From an uncultured bacterium (GTDB lineage: Bacteria > Krumholzibacteriota > Krumholzibacteriia > LZORAL124-64-63), in NCBI GenBank assembly GCA_903859215.1, contig CAIOLW010000144.1, positions 629 to 64,628 of the forward strand: a stretch of 64,000 nt of DNA. Direction: 5' to 3'. Of the stretch, positions 19,765 through 29,725 are shown one piece after another. The notes under the pieces are model-generated. The model ran no database searches. It saw only the letters and a list, made by a program, of their open reading frames with translations, and was not told the origin of the DNA. Both the position numbers and the translations under genes were made by a program. Positions within the stretch are counted from its first letter, which is position 1, and every line of letters starts with the position of its first letter.

Positions 19765-21978
19765 CTACCGACGCGGCCCGCCGCGACCACCACGGTCGCG
19801 ACCACCGCCGCCGCCGCTGCGGCCGCCGCCACGGTCGCCGTAGCTGTCGCTGCGCTCGCGACGCTCGGGTTCGACCCAGCCCTCGGGAGCCGGCAGCATC
19901 GCCTTGCGGCTCAGGCGCACCTTGCCGGTGCGGCTGTCGATCTCGACCAGCTTGACCTCGATGGTGTCGCCCACCTGCAGCACGTCCTCGACGTTCGCCA
20001 CGCGGTGGTACTCCAGCTCCGAGATGTGCAGCAGGCCGTCCTTGCCGGGCAGGAACTCGACGAAGGCGCCGAAGTCGACGATCGTCTTGACGACGCCCTT
20101 GTAGACCTTGCCGACCTCGGGCTCGGCCATCAGGCCGGTCACGTAGGCCATGGCGGCGGCGCCGCCGGCCTGGTCGACACTCGAGATGAAGACCATACCC
20201 GTGTCGTCCACCTCGATGGTCGCGCCGGTCTCTTCCTGGATGCGCTTGATGATCTTGCCGCCCGGTCCGATGAGCGTGCCGATCTTGGAGACCGGGATCT
20301 GCACGGTGTCGATCTTCGGGGCGTACGGGCTCATCGTGGCGCGCGGGCCGGGCAGGGCCTCTTCCATCACGCCGAGGATGTGCAGGCGCGCGGCCTGCGC
20401 ATCGCTCAGGGCCTTGTTCATGACCGCGCGACTGATGCCGGCGATCTTGGTGTCCAGCTGGAAGGCGGTGATGCCGTCGCGCGTGCCGGTGACCTTGAAG
20501 TCCATGTCGCCGAGGTGATCCTCGACGCCCAGAATGTCGGTCAGCACCGCAATGCGGTCATCCTCCTTGATCAGGCCCATGGCCACGCCGGCCACGGCCT
20601 TGCGGATCGGCGCACCGGCATCCATCAGCGCCATGGTGCAGGCGCAGACGGTGGCCATCGACGACGAACCGTTGCTCTCGAGAATGTCCGACACCAGGCG
20701 GATGGTGTACGGGAAGTCCTCCAGCTCGGGCAGGATCGGGCGGATGGCGCGCTCGGCCAGCTTGCCGTGGCCGATCTCGCGACGGCCCGTGCCGCCGTAG
20801 CGACCGCACTCGCCCACCGAGAACGGCGGGAAATTGTAGTGCAGGTAGTACTTGCTCCAGTACTGCTCGCCGCCCAGCGGCTCGATGCGCTGCTCGGCCT
20901 GCTTGCTGCCCAGCGTGACGGTGCCCAGGGCCTGCGTCTCGCCGCGGGTGAACAGGCAGGAGCCGTGCGCGCGCGGCAGCACGCCGCACTCGATGGTGAT
21001 CGGACGCACCGTCGTCAGGTTGCGGCCGTCGGAGCGGACGCCCTCGGTGAGGATCATCTCGCGCATGAGCTTCTTCTCGGCCTTGCCGAAGGCCTCGCTG
21101 ATCGCAGGGTCGGCCTTGCCGTCTTCACCCGGGAACTGGGCGACGACCTTCGCCTTGGCGACGTCGATGGCGGCGTAGCGCTCGAACTTGCCCTTGACCG
21201 AGCCGGCGACCTTGAGCTCGGCGCCGATGAAGTCGAGGACCTTGGCCAGGTTCGCGGAGGTGTCCTTGACCACCGGGTCGGCCCACTTGGTCTTGCCGCC
21301 GGCCTTGGTGACCAGCTCGCGCTGCAGCGCGTTCAGCTTGCGGATCCACGTGTGCGCGAACTCGATCGCGTCCAGCAGGCGGTCTTCGCTGACCTCGAGG
21401 CACTCGCCCTCGATCATGCAGACGATGTCGTCGGTGCCGGCCACGACCAGGTCCATGCACGACGCTTCGAGCTGCTCGAAGCTCGGGTTCGGCACGAACT
21501 CGCCGTCGATGTCCGCCACGCGGACGCCCGACAGGATCTCGTGGAACGGGATGTCCGACAGCGCGAGCGCGGCCGAGGCGGCCGTGATGCTCAGCGTGTC
21601 GGCATGGAACTCGGTGTCGGCGCTGATGATGAAGGCCACGACCTGCGTCTCGTGCTTGTAGCCCTTCGGGAACATCGGGCGCAGGGGGCGATCGATCAGC
21701 CGGCAGGTGAGCGTCTCGCGCTCGGTCGGCTTGCCTTCACGCTTGAAAAAGCCGCCGGGGATCTTGCCCGCGGCATAAGTCTTGTCGCGGTATTCGACCA
21801 TCAGGGGCAGGAAGTCCTTGTCGGTCGGCCTGGGGTCGGCGGTCACCGCGAGCAGGCTCATGGTGTCGCCCATCCGGACGACCACCGAGCCGTTGGCCTG
21901 CTTGGCCATGCGTCCGGTCTCGAGGCTGAAGGTCGTGCCGTTCATCTCGAGGCTGACAGTCTGCTTGTTCATCATCAC
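19765..21978 (-). CDS. pnp: Polyribonucleotide nucleotidyltransferase
   Basis: ETGRMAKQANG, AGKIPGGFFKREG, RREIGHG and ESNGSSSMA motifs plus KH and S1 domains. Start may be 21978, 21975 or 21972. Confidence 0.98.
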   Translation of the reverse strand: MMMNKQTVSLEMNGTTFSLETGRMAKQANGSVVVRMGDTMSLLAVTADPRPTDKDFLPLMVEYRDKTYAAGKIPGGFFKREGKPTERETLTCRLIDRPLRPMFPKGYKHETQVVAFIISADTEFHADTLSITAASAALALSDIPFHEILSGVRVADIDGEFVPNPSFEQLEASCMDLVVAGTDDIVCMIEGECLEVSEDRLLDAIEFAHTWIRKLNALQRELVTKAGGKTKWADPVVKDTSANLAKVLDFIGAELKVAGSVKGKFERYAAIDVAKAKVVAQFPGEDGKADPAISEAFGKAEKKLMREMILTEGVRSDGRNLTTVRPITIECGVLPRAHGSCLFTRGETQALGTVTLGSKQAEQRIEPLGGEQYWSKYYLHYNFPPFSVGECGRYGGTGRREIGHGKLAERAIRPILPELEDFPYTIRLVSDILESNGSSSMATVCACTMALMDAGAPIRKAVAGVAMGLIKEDDRIAVLTDILGVEDHLGDMDFKVTGTRDGITAFQLDTKIAGISRAVMNKALSDAQAARLHILGVMEEALPGPRATMSPYAPKIDTVQIPVSKIGTLIGPGGKIIKRIQEETGATIEVDDTGMVFISSVDQAGGAAAMAYVTGLMAEPEVGKVYKGVVKTIVDFGAFVEFLPGKDGLLHISELEYHRVANVEDVLQVGDTIEVKLVEIDSRTGKVRLSRKAMLPAPEGWVEPERRERSDSYGDRGGGRSGGGGGRDRGGRGGPRR

Positions 21979-22194
21979 GCTTTCTTTCCTTCCATCCGCT
22001 TTGTCGGCATGTCGCGTGGCCCTATTGCCGCGTTCGTACCGTCCGGACGCTTCACGCCCGTTCCGCTCCGCCCCCGCCCCGACATCCGGGACAGGCAGCT
22101 TCCTCCAACCGTGGGCACCGCCAGAGACGGCAATCGGTCGCGACGTTTCCGGCGCGACCGACAGCCAGGCAGGCTCACATTCCGGGTCCGGTCA

Positions 22195-22464
22195 TCAACC
22201 CCGGATGCCCAGGTCCTTGATCAGGCCGCGATAGCCTTCAAGGTCCGTCTTCTTCAGGTAGGACAGCAGCCGCTTGCGCTGCCCGACCATCTTCAGCAGC
22301 CCACGGCGGGAGTGGTGATCCGCCTTGTGCATCTTGAAGTGGTCACCGAGGGTGTTGATCCGTTCGGTCAGCAGCGCGATCTGCACCTGCGGCGAGCCCG
22401 AGTCATGCTCGTGCTTGCGGTACTTGCCGATCACCGCGTCCTTCTGATCCTTGGTCAGTGCCAT
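22195..22464 (-). CDS. rpsO: 30S ribosomal protein S15
   Basis: [35 protein letters not shown], 89 aa, upstream of pnp. Confidence 0.98.
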   Translation of the reverse strand: MALTKDQKDAVIGKYRKHEHDSGSPQVQIALLTERINTLGDHFKMHKADHHSRRGLLKMVGQRKRLLSYLKKTDLEGYRGLIKDLGIRG

Positions 22465-22869
22465 CGTCCAGAACCTCCAGAAACTACGTCACGCCGCGGC
22501 GTCACGATGGCCGCAGGCCGGCCGTCCTCCCCGTCTGCCGAAGTCGTCAACGGGAACAGGACGGGACCGTCTCATCCGGCCGGGACATTCCGCTCCGGAT
22601 GAAGGCGCCGACCCGCTGTACGGGATTGCGCGAAAACTGCCGGGCAGGTGACGATCGGGGAAAATCCCCGGCGTCCCGGTCCGGCGTCGCGCGGTTTCAA
22701 GATAGAGGGCGTTCCCGCCGGGTGCAAGGCGAAAGCCGGCTGTCAGGCGATCCTGCCGGGCTTCCCGCCGGGTGGCCCTCCTCTCGGTCCGCGGACCGTA
22801 TCGGAGAGGGTATCGTCATGCAAAAAAGAGACTTGAGTCTCGGCGTCAATATTTGATAACAGAATTTCA

Positions 22870-23916
22870 TCAAAGAGGTCCGGCCACATCCCGAAGGATC
22901 CCGGCCAGCCGCGGGGCCACGACAGCGACCGAATACCGCGTTTCCACCAGTTTGCGGCCGGCCAGCCCCATGGCGGCGCCGCGCGCCGGGTCGGCCAGCA
23001 ACCCGATCAGGGCGGCCGCGGCCTCGTCCGCGTCACGGGCGCCGATCCCGGAATCGGCCTGCGCGAGCACTTCGTTGTTCATGCCCACCGGCGAGACGAC
23101 AGCCGGCACGCCGCACGCCAGGTACTGGAGCATCTTGTAGGAGCACTTGCCGCGCGCCCAGGGCGTGTCCGCCAGGGGCATCAGCCCGATGTCCAGCGAC
23201 TGCAGGAACGGGACTTCGACCGCCGGGGTCCAGGGCACCCACTGCCAGCGGTCCACGGGCAGCCGATCCAGCGGCGGGCGCCGGTCGGCACAGACGCGCA
23301 CCACCACGTCGGGTTCCGCGGCAAGCACCGCACGGAGAGCCTCCTCCCACAGCAGCAGGAACGGGAAGTTCCCCGAAGACCCGGTCCAGCCGATCCGGCG
23401 AGGGCGCGCGCGCGGGCGGTCCGTCAACGTCGGGTCCGGCCGGAACCGCTCGGTGTCGATGGCGGTCGGCAGGATCTCCACGCGGTCGCAGCAAGCCCCG
23501 AACCAGTCCGCGAGGTACGCATTCCCCGCCACGACGACATCGACCTCACGCGCCAGCCTGCGCGCGAAGCCGCCGTCGCCGCGATTCAGCCAGATGGCGT
23601 CGTCGACATCCAGGACACGCGGGCGCGCGGTCAGGCCCTCGAGCGTCGCCAGGGTCGAGACGAACTCGCGCTGCAGAAGCGTGACCTGCCCGTGCCGTGT
23701 GGCGGCGATGTCCGGCAGCCTGGCGGCCAGCGTCGCCGCCAACCAGAACGGGCGCAGCAACCGGCTGGCCGGCGGGAAACTGGACACCCGGGCATGGCGG
23801 ACATCGAGATCCACGCCGTCGCGCCCGAGCGCGGCTGCCAGCTGCCCGACCCGGAAGCGCGCCGACGGCACGTGGGCCCCGCCGGTCAGGGCGGTTACGC
23901 GCAGGCGCTCAGTCAT
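22870..23916 (-). CDS. Glycosyltransferase, GT-B/GT4 family
   Basis: PSARFRV, DVDDAIW, IGWTGS and GKCSYKMLQYLACGVPAVVSPVG motifs. Confidence 0.9.
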   Translation of the reverse strand: MTERLRVTALTGGAHVPSARFRVGQLAAALGRDGVDLDVRHARVSSFPPASRLLRPFWLAATLAARLPDIAATRHGQVTLLQREFVSTLATLEGLTARPRVLDVDDAIWLNRGDGGFARRLAREVDVVVAGNAYLADWFGACCDRVEILPTAIDTERFRPDPTLTDRPRARPRRIGWTGSSGNFPFLLLWEEALRAVLAAEPDVVVRVCADRRPPLDRLPVDRWQWVPWTPAVEVPFLQSLDIGLMPLADTPWARGKCSYKMLQYLACGVPAVVSPVGMNNEVLAQADSGIGARDADEAAAALIGLLADPARGAAMGLAGRKLVETRYSVAVVAPRLAGILRDVAGPL

Positions 23917-25168
23917 GCGGCCTCCTGTCGACCAGGATGCCGCCGCGGGCCACGACGAAGCCGAGCAGGTAGAGATAGATGAACAGCACGGCCTCGTTGA
24001 ACCGGTAGACGTACATGAAGCAGCTCATCGACAGCCCGTAGGAAAACAGCCCGTAGGCCAGGACGTGCCCCCAGTAACCGGCTCTCCGCGCGCGCAGGTA
24101 GAGGCGGGAGGCGATGAACCCGAGCAGGCCGCAGAAGGCCACGGCGCCGGGCCAGGTCCACTCCTGGTAGAGCACCCCGAAGATCGAGTAGACGTTGAAC
24201 ATCGACGGGCCGATGTTCGTGAACTGCTGCGCGAACGGCACCGACTTGACCAGGCCGAGCAGGTCGCCGGCGATCTTCCAGACGGCATAGAAAGTCATCG
24301 CACCGGGCACCGCCGGCGGGGGCAACAGGCCATCGGCGATGTTCTGCATCGCCGGCCAGGACCCTACGAAATACAGGTACGGCCACTGGAGGGCCGGCGC
24401 CGCGGCCAGCGGGCTGCCCTCAGGCGCGGCGACCCGCGAGACGAAGATGTCGATCTTCGCGTTGTACGCCACGAAGAATCCGACGAGCACTGCGCCGGCC
24501 AGCAACACATGCCGGGCCCGGAAGCGGTCGGGACGCACGACGCTCCAGGTACCCATTGCCGTCAGGGCCGAGTAGAACACGAACGCCTTGATGCCCGCCA
24601 GCAGCAGCCCCCAGATGGCGCTGGCCACGAGCAGGTCGTCCAGCGGGCTCCGCTTGCCCCGCGCGCGCCGCAGCACGTAGGCCGGCAGCACCAGGATGCC
24701 CAGCATGTTCAGGTAGCCGATGCCCTGCATCTGGAACTCGTCCTGCAGCAGCCACAGGTTGGAGAGCAACAGCCCCAGCCCCCTGTGCCGCAGGATCAGG
24801 ACCGCCGCCGCCAACAGCCAACCGATGGTCGCAATGCCGGCCGTGGCGTAGAAGAAAAGTCCCAGGCCCCGCTCGTCCATGCGATCGCGGACAGCTTCCG
24901 GGGCGGGCGTCTGACGGCGGCCGACACCCAGGGCGCAACCGGCGGCGAAGGCCAACAGGCACGTCAGGATGACGAGATGCGTCACCAGCGACACGTCCTT
25001 CATGGCCAGGAGCCGCAGGTGGTAGCCGCAGATGGACACGCAATTCACGCCGAAGAAAAGACTCAGGGGGGTGAACCAGTAGTGGTACAGGCGCCTGGAC
25101 CACTGCACGGAAAGCGCGCCCAGGAGCGCGAACAGCAGCAGCCACAGGAAGTCGCCGAATCCCATCAT
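23909..25168 (-). CDS. Oligosaccharide repeat-unit polymerase (Wzy)
   Basis: C-terminal part of ORF 23909..26716 from MMGFGDF (25168). About 10-11 TM segments and a periplasmic 'FNVYSIFG..Y.EW' motif. Adjacent to a flippase. Confidence 0.78.
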   Translation of the reverse strand: MMGFGDFLWLLLFALLGALSVQWSRRLYHYWFTPLSLFFGVNCVSICGYHLRLLAMKDVSLVTHLVILTCLLAFAAGCALGVGRRQTPAPEAVRDRMDERGLGLFFYATAGIATIGWLLAAAVLILRHRGLGLLLSNLWLLQDEFQMQGIGYLNMLGILVLPAYVLRRARGKRSPLDDLLVASAIWGLLLAGIKAFVFYSALTAMGTWSVVRPDRFRARHVLLAGAVLVGFFVAYNAKIDIFVSRVAAPEGSPLAAAPALQWPYLYFVGSWPAMQNIADGLLPPPAVPGAMTFYAVWKIAGDLLGLVKSVPFAQQFTNIGPSMFNVYSIFGVLYQEWTWPGAVAFCGLLGFIASRLYLRARRAGYWGHVLAYGLFSYGLSMSCFMYVYRFNEAVLFIYLYLLGFVVARGGILVDRRPHD

Positions 25169-26412
25169 GGGGCCGCCTCCAGGCGCCGCAGGCCCCTCTG
25201 CACGATCCACCAGGTGCCGATGGTCACCCAGGTCGAGCCGATCAGCATCATCCAGGCCGCACCCATCATGCCGAGCCGCGGCAGGAGCAGCAGGCCGGCG
25301 CCGAACATGACCACCAATTGTGTCCCGTGCACCCACAACTGGCTCGAGAACGCGCGCATGGCGGTGGCCGGCGCACCCAGGAGACTGCCCACGTAGAGCA
25401 CCGCGCCGCCGGCCATCACCAGGACCAGCAGGGGCACGTGCGCGGCGTACTCCGGCGTGTAGATGAGCGTGAGCAACGGTCCGCCCGCCAGCACCGAAAC
25501 CGCGACGCCGGCAACGCCGATGCCGGAACCAAGCAGGACAAGCTGCCGGACGCGCCGGCGCAGTCCGGCAACGTTGCGCTCGGCGACGTCGCGCCCGAGG
25601 CCCGCCAGTGCGGACTGCGAGAGCGCCTGCGTCACCGTACTGCCGGCGATCACCAGATAGGAGAGCGCCGAGAAGATGCCGAGTTCGGCCTCGCCGTGGG
25701 AGTGCTCGAGCATTGTCCGCGGCAGCGTGGTGCGCAGCTGGATGGCCAGGAACACCGTGCCCATCGGAAGCGCCAGCAGGAACAGGCGCTTCATCGCGGC
25801 AGGCTCGAAGCGCGGGCGCAACGATTGTCCCGGGCAGGCCCGCACGAGCCTCGCGGTATAGGGCAGGTCGAAGGCCAGAAGCACCAGCAGCCAGCCCGCA
25901 ACCATCGAAGCCAGGCTCAGGCCCAGTGAGCCGGTTGCCTTGAAGACGCCGCCGAACAGCGCCAGCGCGATGACGCCCTTGAGCATGAGCGACACGGCGG
26001 CCAGGTCCATGCGCTCCTGCTTCTGCTGGAAGCCGAAGTAGATGTCCGCCATCGATTCGACGACGCGTCCCAGCCCGAACAGCCCGATGACGAGCGCCTG
26101 GGCCGGCGTGTAGGCCACCCACCCGATCGCCACGACGACCAGCAGCGCGATCGGCAGCAGGACCACGCGCAACCCGAGGTAGTCCTGGAAGGCGAACTCG
26201 CCGCGCGCGTCGGAGGCGAGCACCGGGCGCAGGCTGAGCTGGGCGAACATGAGCACCGGGGAAGCGATGGCCGAGCCCAGCGAGAAGCGACCGACGACCT
26301 CGGCCCCCCCGAGCTTGGTCAGCAGCGCCAGCTGCGCCCACAGGCACGCCGCGTACACGACGTTGCCCACCAGCGTCCAGGCGAAATTGCGGCGCAGGGA
26401 CAGGCCGGCCAT
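25165..26412 (-). CDS. Polysaccharide flippase (Wzx)
   Basis: SLRRNFAWTLVGNVVYAAC.W, about 12 TM segments, and the MATE/MviN-like pattern GEAELGIFSA. Confidence 0.85.
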   Translation of the reverse strand: MAGLSLRRNFAWTLVGNVVYAACLWAQLALLTKLGGAEVVGRFSLGSAIASPVLMFAQLSLRPVLASDARGEFAFQDYLGLRVVLLPIALLVVVAIGWVAYTPAQALVIGLFGLGRVVESMADIYFGFQQKQERMDLAAVSLMLKGVIALALFGGVFKATGSLGLSLASMVAGWLLVLLAFDLPYTARLVRACPGQSLRPRFEPAAMKRLFLLALPMGTVFLAIQLRTTLPRTMLEHSHGEAELGIFSALSYLVIAGSTVTQALSQSALAGLGRDVAERNVAGLRRRVRQLVLLGSGIGVAGVAVSVLAGGPLLTLIYTPEYAAHVPLLVLVMAGGAVLYVGSLLGAPATAMRAFSSQLWVHGTQLVVMFGAGLLLLPRLGMMGAAWMMLIGSTWVTIGTWWIVQRGLRRLEAAP

Positions 26413-26414
26413 CG

Positions 26415-28421
26415 TCAGCCGCCGCTCGCGGTGGGACCGGTGGTGGGCGGCACTTCGGCGTGGTCACCGGTGTGGCCCTGGAAGTCGGGCACCAGGCGCA
26501 GCAGCTCGGCCCACAGCGCCGGGCGGTCGCCCGCGCGCGCGGTGGCGAGCAGGGCGGCCACGCCGTCGGCCACGGCAACCGGGTCGATGGCCTGGCGGCG
26601 CGCCGCAAGGATGCCCGGGTTGGCCGTGGGCTGCGGCTCCTCGCCCTCGGCCCACAGTTCCTCGTACATCTTCTCGCCCGGGCGCAGGCCGGTGTAGCGG
26701 ATGGCGATGTCGACATTGGGCGTCAGGCCCGACAGGCGGATCATGCGGCGCGCGAGGTCGTCGATCTTCACCGGCTTGCCCATGTCCAGGATGAAGACGT
26801 CGCCGCCGGTGCCCATCGCGGCGGCGAACAGCACCAGCTGCACGGCCTCGGCGATGGTCATGAAGAAGCGCTCCATCGACGCATCGGTCACCGTGACCGG
26901 CCCACCCTGGGCGATCTGCCTGTTGAACAGCTCGACGACGCTGCCGGCCGAGCCCAGCACGTTGCCGAAGCGGATGATCATGAAGCGCGTGCCGCCGCCC
27001 TGGTCGTGCCGCGAGAGCACGACCTTCTCGGCCACCTGCTTGCTGGCGCCCATCACGTTGGTCGGCTTGACGGCCTTGTCGGTGGAGATCATCACGAAGC
27101 GCTCGACGCCGTGCTTCAGCGCCACGTCCACCAGCTGCCGCGTGCCGAGCACGTTGTTCAGCATGGCTTCCTCGGGGTGGAACTGCAGGATCGGCACGTG
27201 CTTGTAGGCCGCGGCGTGGAAGACGATGTCGGGCTTCGCGCCGCTGAAGAAGCGTTCGAGGCGGTTCTCGTCGCGGATGTCGCCGAGCAGGAACTCCAGG
27301 TCAAGGCGGGCGCCGCCGTCGCGCAGCTCGCGCTCGATGCGGAACAGCCCGTTCTCGTCCTTGTCCAGGCAGGCCAGGTACGCCGCGCCGCCCTGCACCA
27401 CCTGCCGGCACAGCTCCGAGCCGATGGAGCCGGCCGCGCCGGTCACCAGGACGCGCTTGCCCTTCAGCAAACCCGCCAGCACCTGCTGGTCGCCGACAAT
27501 GGGCCGCCGGTTAAGGAGGCTGGTGGTCGAGAAGTCCTCCACGCGACGCACGCCGGGCTTCTCGCTCTCCATGATCTCCCAGAAGCTGGGCACGGACTTC
27601 AGCGGCAGCCCCGTCTCCTGGCACAGCCCCAGGATGCGGTACAGCTGCGTGGTCGTGGCCGACGGGATGGCCAGCACGATCACCTCGGCCTGGGTGCGGT
27701 GCGCCACCTCGCCGATGTCGTCGATGCCGCCCAGGACAGGCACGCCGCGGATGCGCATGCCGCGCGCCTGCACGTTGTCGTCGACGATCGCCACCGGCCG
27801 GAAGCCGCCCAGCCGCGGCGACTGCATGGCCTCGATGGTCAGGGCGCCGGCATTGCCGCCGCCGACGACCACGGCGCGCCGGCGCGGGGCGCGGTTGCCC
27901 AGCCGGTCGGCCGGCCCGCCGATGATCCGGTAGGCGAAGCGCCCGGCCACCACCAGGCCCAGGCAGAGCACCATGTCGATGGCCAGGGTCGACAGCGGGA
28001 AGCCGCCGGGCCGCCGCCAGAACAGCCACAGGGCGACGATGATCAGGGCGCTGCTCGAAAACACGCTGAGCACCAGCCGCGGCAGGTCTTCGACCGAGGC
28101 GAAGCGCCACGACTGGCGGTGCACGCCCGAACTCCACAGGAACAGCAGCCGCACCGGCACCGTCACCGCGAGCATGGCCAGCCACCACGCCTGCCACTGC
28201 ATGTTGGTCGCCAGCAGGCGGTCCAGCACGACGAACCGCAGCAGGAACGACAACGTGACCGACACCGCGCACAGCAGGCCGAAGAACAGCATCGCGAACA
28301 GCAGGCGGTGACCGCGCACGAGCGTCGTCAGGAACCCGTCCTGGCGCAGCAGCCGGGAACCGAGCGAGCGCGCGGGCCGGGGCGGGGCGTTCCCGGGGCC
28401 GGGGTCGGCGGAAAAGGTCAT
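26415..28421 (-). CDS. Membrane-bound UDP-GlcNAc 4,6-dehydratase (PglF/WbpM/CapD family)
   Basis: N-terminal TM segments, CoA-binding-like domain, and motifs VTGAAGSIGSE, HAAAYKHVP, ISTDKAV, RFGNVLGSAGSV and GLRPGEK. Confidence 0.95.
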   Translation of the reverse strand: MTFSADPGPGNAPPRPARSLGSRLLRQDGFLTTLVRGHRLLFAMLFFGLLCAVSVTLSFLLRFVVLDRLLATNMQWQAWWLAMLAVTVPVRLLFLWSSGVHRQSWRFASVEDLPRLVLSVFSSSALIIVALWLFWRRPGGFPLSTLAIDMVLCLGLVVAGRFAYRIIGGPADRLGNRAPRRRAVVVGGGNAGALTIEAMQSPRLGGFRPVAIVDDNVQARGMRIRGVPVLGGIDDIGEVAHRTQAEVIVLAIPSATTTQLYRILGLCQETGLPLKSVPSFWEIMESEKPGVRRVEDFSTTSLLNRRPIVGDQQVLAGLLKGKRVLVTGAAGSIGSELCRQVVQGGAAYLACLDKDENGLFRIERELRDGGARLDLEFLLGDIRDENRLERFFSGAKPDIVFHAAAYKHVPILQFHPEEAMLNNVLGTRQLVDVALKHGVERFVMISTDKAVKPTNVMGASKQVAEKVVLSRHDQGGGTRFMIIRFGNVLGSAGSVVELFNRQIAQGGPVTVTDASMERFFMTIAEAVQLVLFAAAMGTGGDVFILDMGKPVKIDDLARRMIRLSGLTPNVDIAIRYTGLRPGEKMYEELWAEGEEPQPTANPGILAARRQAIDPVAVADGVAALLATARAGDRPALWAELLRLVPDFQGHTGDHAEVPPTTGPTASGG

Positions 28422-28618
28422 GAAACGGGTTCACTCCTTCGGGGCGGCGCCCCGCGGTCTTGCACTGGAGCGCAAGCATAATGCCGCCGGCGGCGAATGT
28501 CTGCCGCCAATTGGCCCCCGCCGCATCCGGGCTTGACCGCCCGGCCCGCGGTTCTCACTATGGACCGGCGGCCCCGGGGCCGCTCACCGATGGACGGATT
28601 CCGGAAAGTCACGCCAGC

Positions 28619-29725
28619 ATGCTCGAAGCACCCCTGTTCGCCTTCCTCGGCGCGGTGGCCCTGAACCTGGTGGCCACGCCGTGGCTCATCCGCTACCTGC
28701 GTGATCGCTCCCTGCTGGACATCCCGAACGCGCGCAGCAGCCACGACCAGCCGGTGCCGCGCGGCGCCGGCATCGCCATCGTCGGCACCTGGCTGCTCGG
28801 CATGTCCAGCACCTGGGCCCTGCGCTACCCGCTGCCCGCCCTCGGCATCATGGCGCCCGACGGCTTCGTGCTGGGGACCGCGGCCGGCATGTGCGTGCTG
28901 GCCTTCCTGGGCTACCAGGACGACCGCCACAACCTGAACCCGTACGTCAAGCTGGTCGCGCAGGTGGCCGTCACGGCCGGCGCGCTCTGGCAGTCGGGCC
29001 TGCGCGTGGCCGACCTGGGCCTGCCGTTCGGCGGCGCGCACGACCTGGGCGCGCTGGGCTGGGTGTTCGCCATCGTCTGGCTGGTGGGCTTCACCAACAT
29101 CTTCAACTTCATGGACGGCATCAACGGCCTGGCCTTCACGCAGCTGACGGTGGCCGGCGCGGCCTTCTGCCTGATGGGCGTGGCCACCAACGACTACGAA
29201 CTGGCGATCGCCGGCGCGCTGGCCTCGGGCGCGGCGCTGGGCACGCTGAAGTACAACTTCCCGCGCGCGCTCATCTTCATGGGGGATGTGGGCAGCCTGC
29301 CGTCGGGGTTCCTGCTGGCGATGCTGGCGCTGCGGGCGGGATTCGGCGCGCGCGCCGAGGGCACGCCGTGGATCGCCGCGCTGTTCGTGCTGTGGCCGTT
29401 CATCTGGGACGGCGGCTTCACCCTGGTCAACCGGGTCTACCACCGCCGCAACCCGTTCCGGCCCCACCGCAGCCACCTCTACCAGCGGCTGTACGTGACG
29501 GGCATGTCGCACAAGTCCATCACGCTGCGCTACGGGGTGGCGATGCTGGCCTGCGCCATCGCCGGCCTGGCGGGCCAGCGGCGCGACCCGGAGATCCTGC
29601 GCGGCGCGCTGGCGCTGATCCTGGTGGGCTCGGCCCTCTACACCATCCGCGTCGTCCGGCGCGTGCGCGCCAGCATGACCGAAGGACGTCACGTCGACGT
29701 CGATCAGCCCCGCGGTCCCGCCTGA
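28619..29725 (+). CDS. Undecaprenyl-phosphate HexNAc-1-P transferase (MraY/WecA/WbpL family)
   Basis: DIPNARSSH..PVPRGAG, QDD, NIFNFMDGINGL, FMGDVGS and HRSHLYQRL motifs. Confidence 0.93.
   Translation: MLEAPLFAFLGAVALNLVATPWLIRYLRDRSLLDIPNARSSHDQPVPRGAGIAIVGTWLLGMSSTWALRYPLPALGIMAPDGFVLGTAAGMCVLAFLGYQDDRHNLNPYVKLVAQVAVTAGALWQSGLRVADLGLPFGGAHDLGALGWVFAIVWLVGFTNIFNFMDGINGLAFTQLTVAGAAFCLMGVATNDYELAIAGALASGAALGTLKYNFPRALIFMGDVGSLPSGFLLAMLALRAGFGARAEGTPWIAALFVLWPFIWDGGFTLVNRVYHRRNPFRPHRSHLYQRLYVTGMSHKSITLRYGVAMLACAIAGLAGQRRDPEILRGALALILVGSALYTIRVVRRVRASMTEGRHVDVDQPRGPA

Noticed and set aside
22465-22869. Riboswitch or ncRNA upstream of rpsO, including a GGC-GAAA-GCC hairpin near 22728-22737
   Set aside because: An S15 autoregulatory leader is plausible by position, but I could not match a family by eye. 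A covariance-model (Infernal/Rfam) search is needed.
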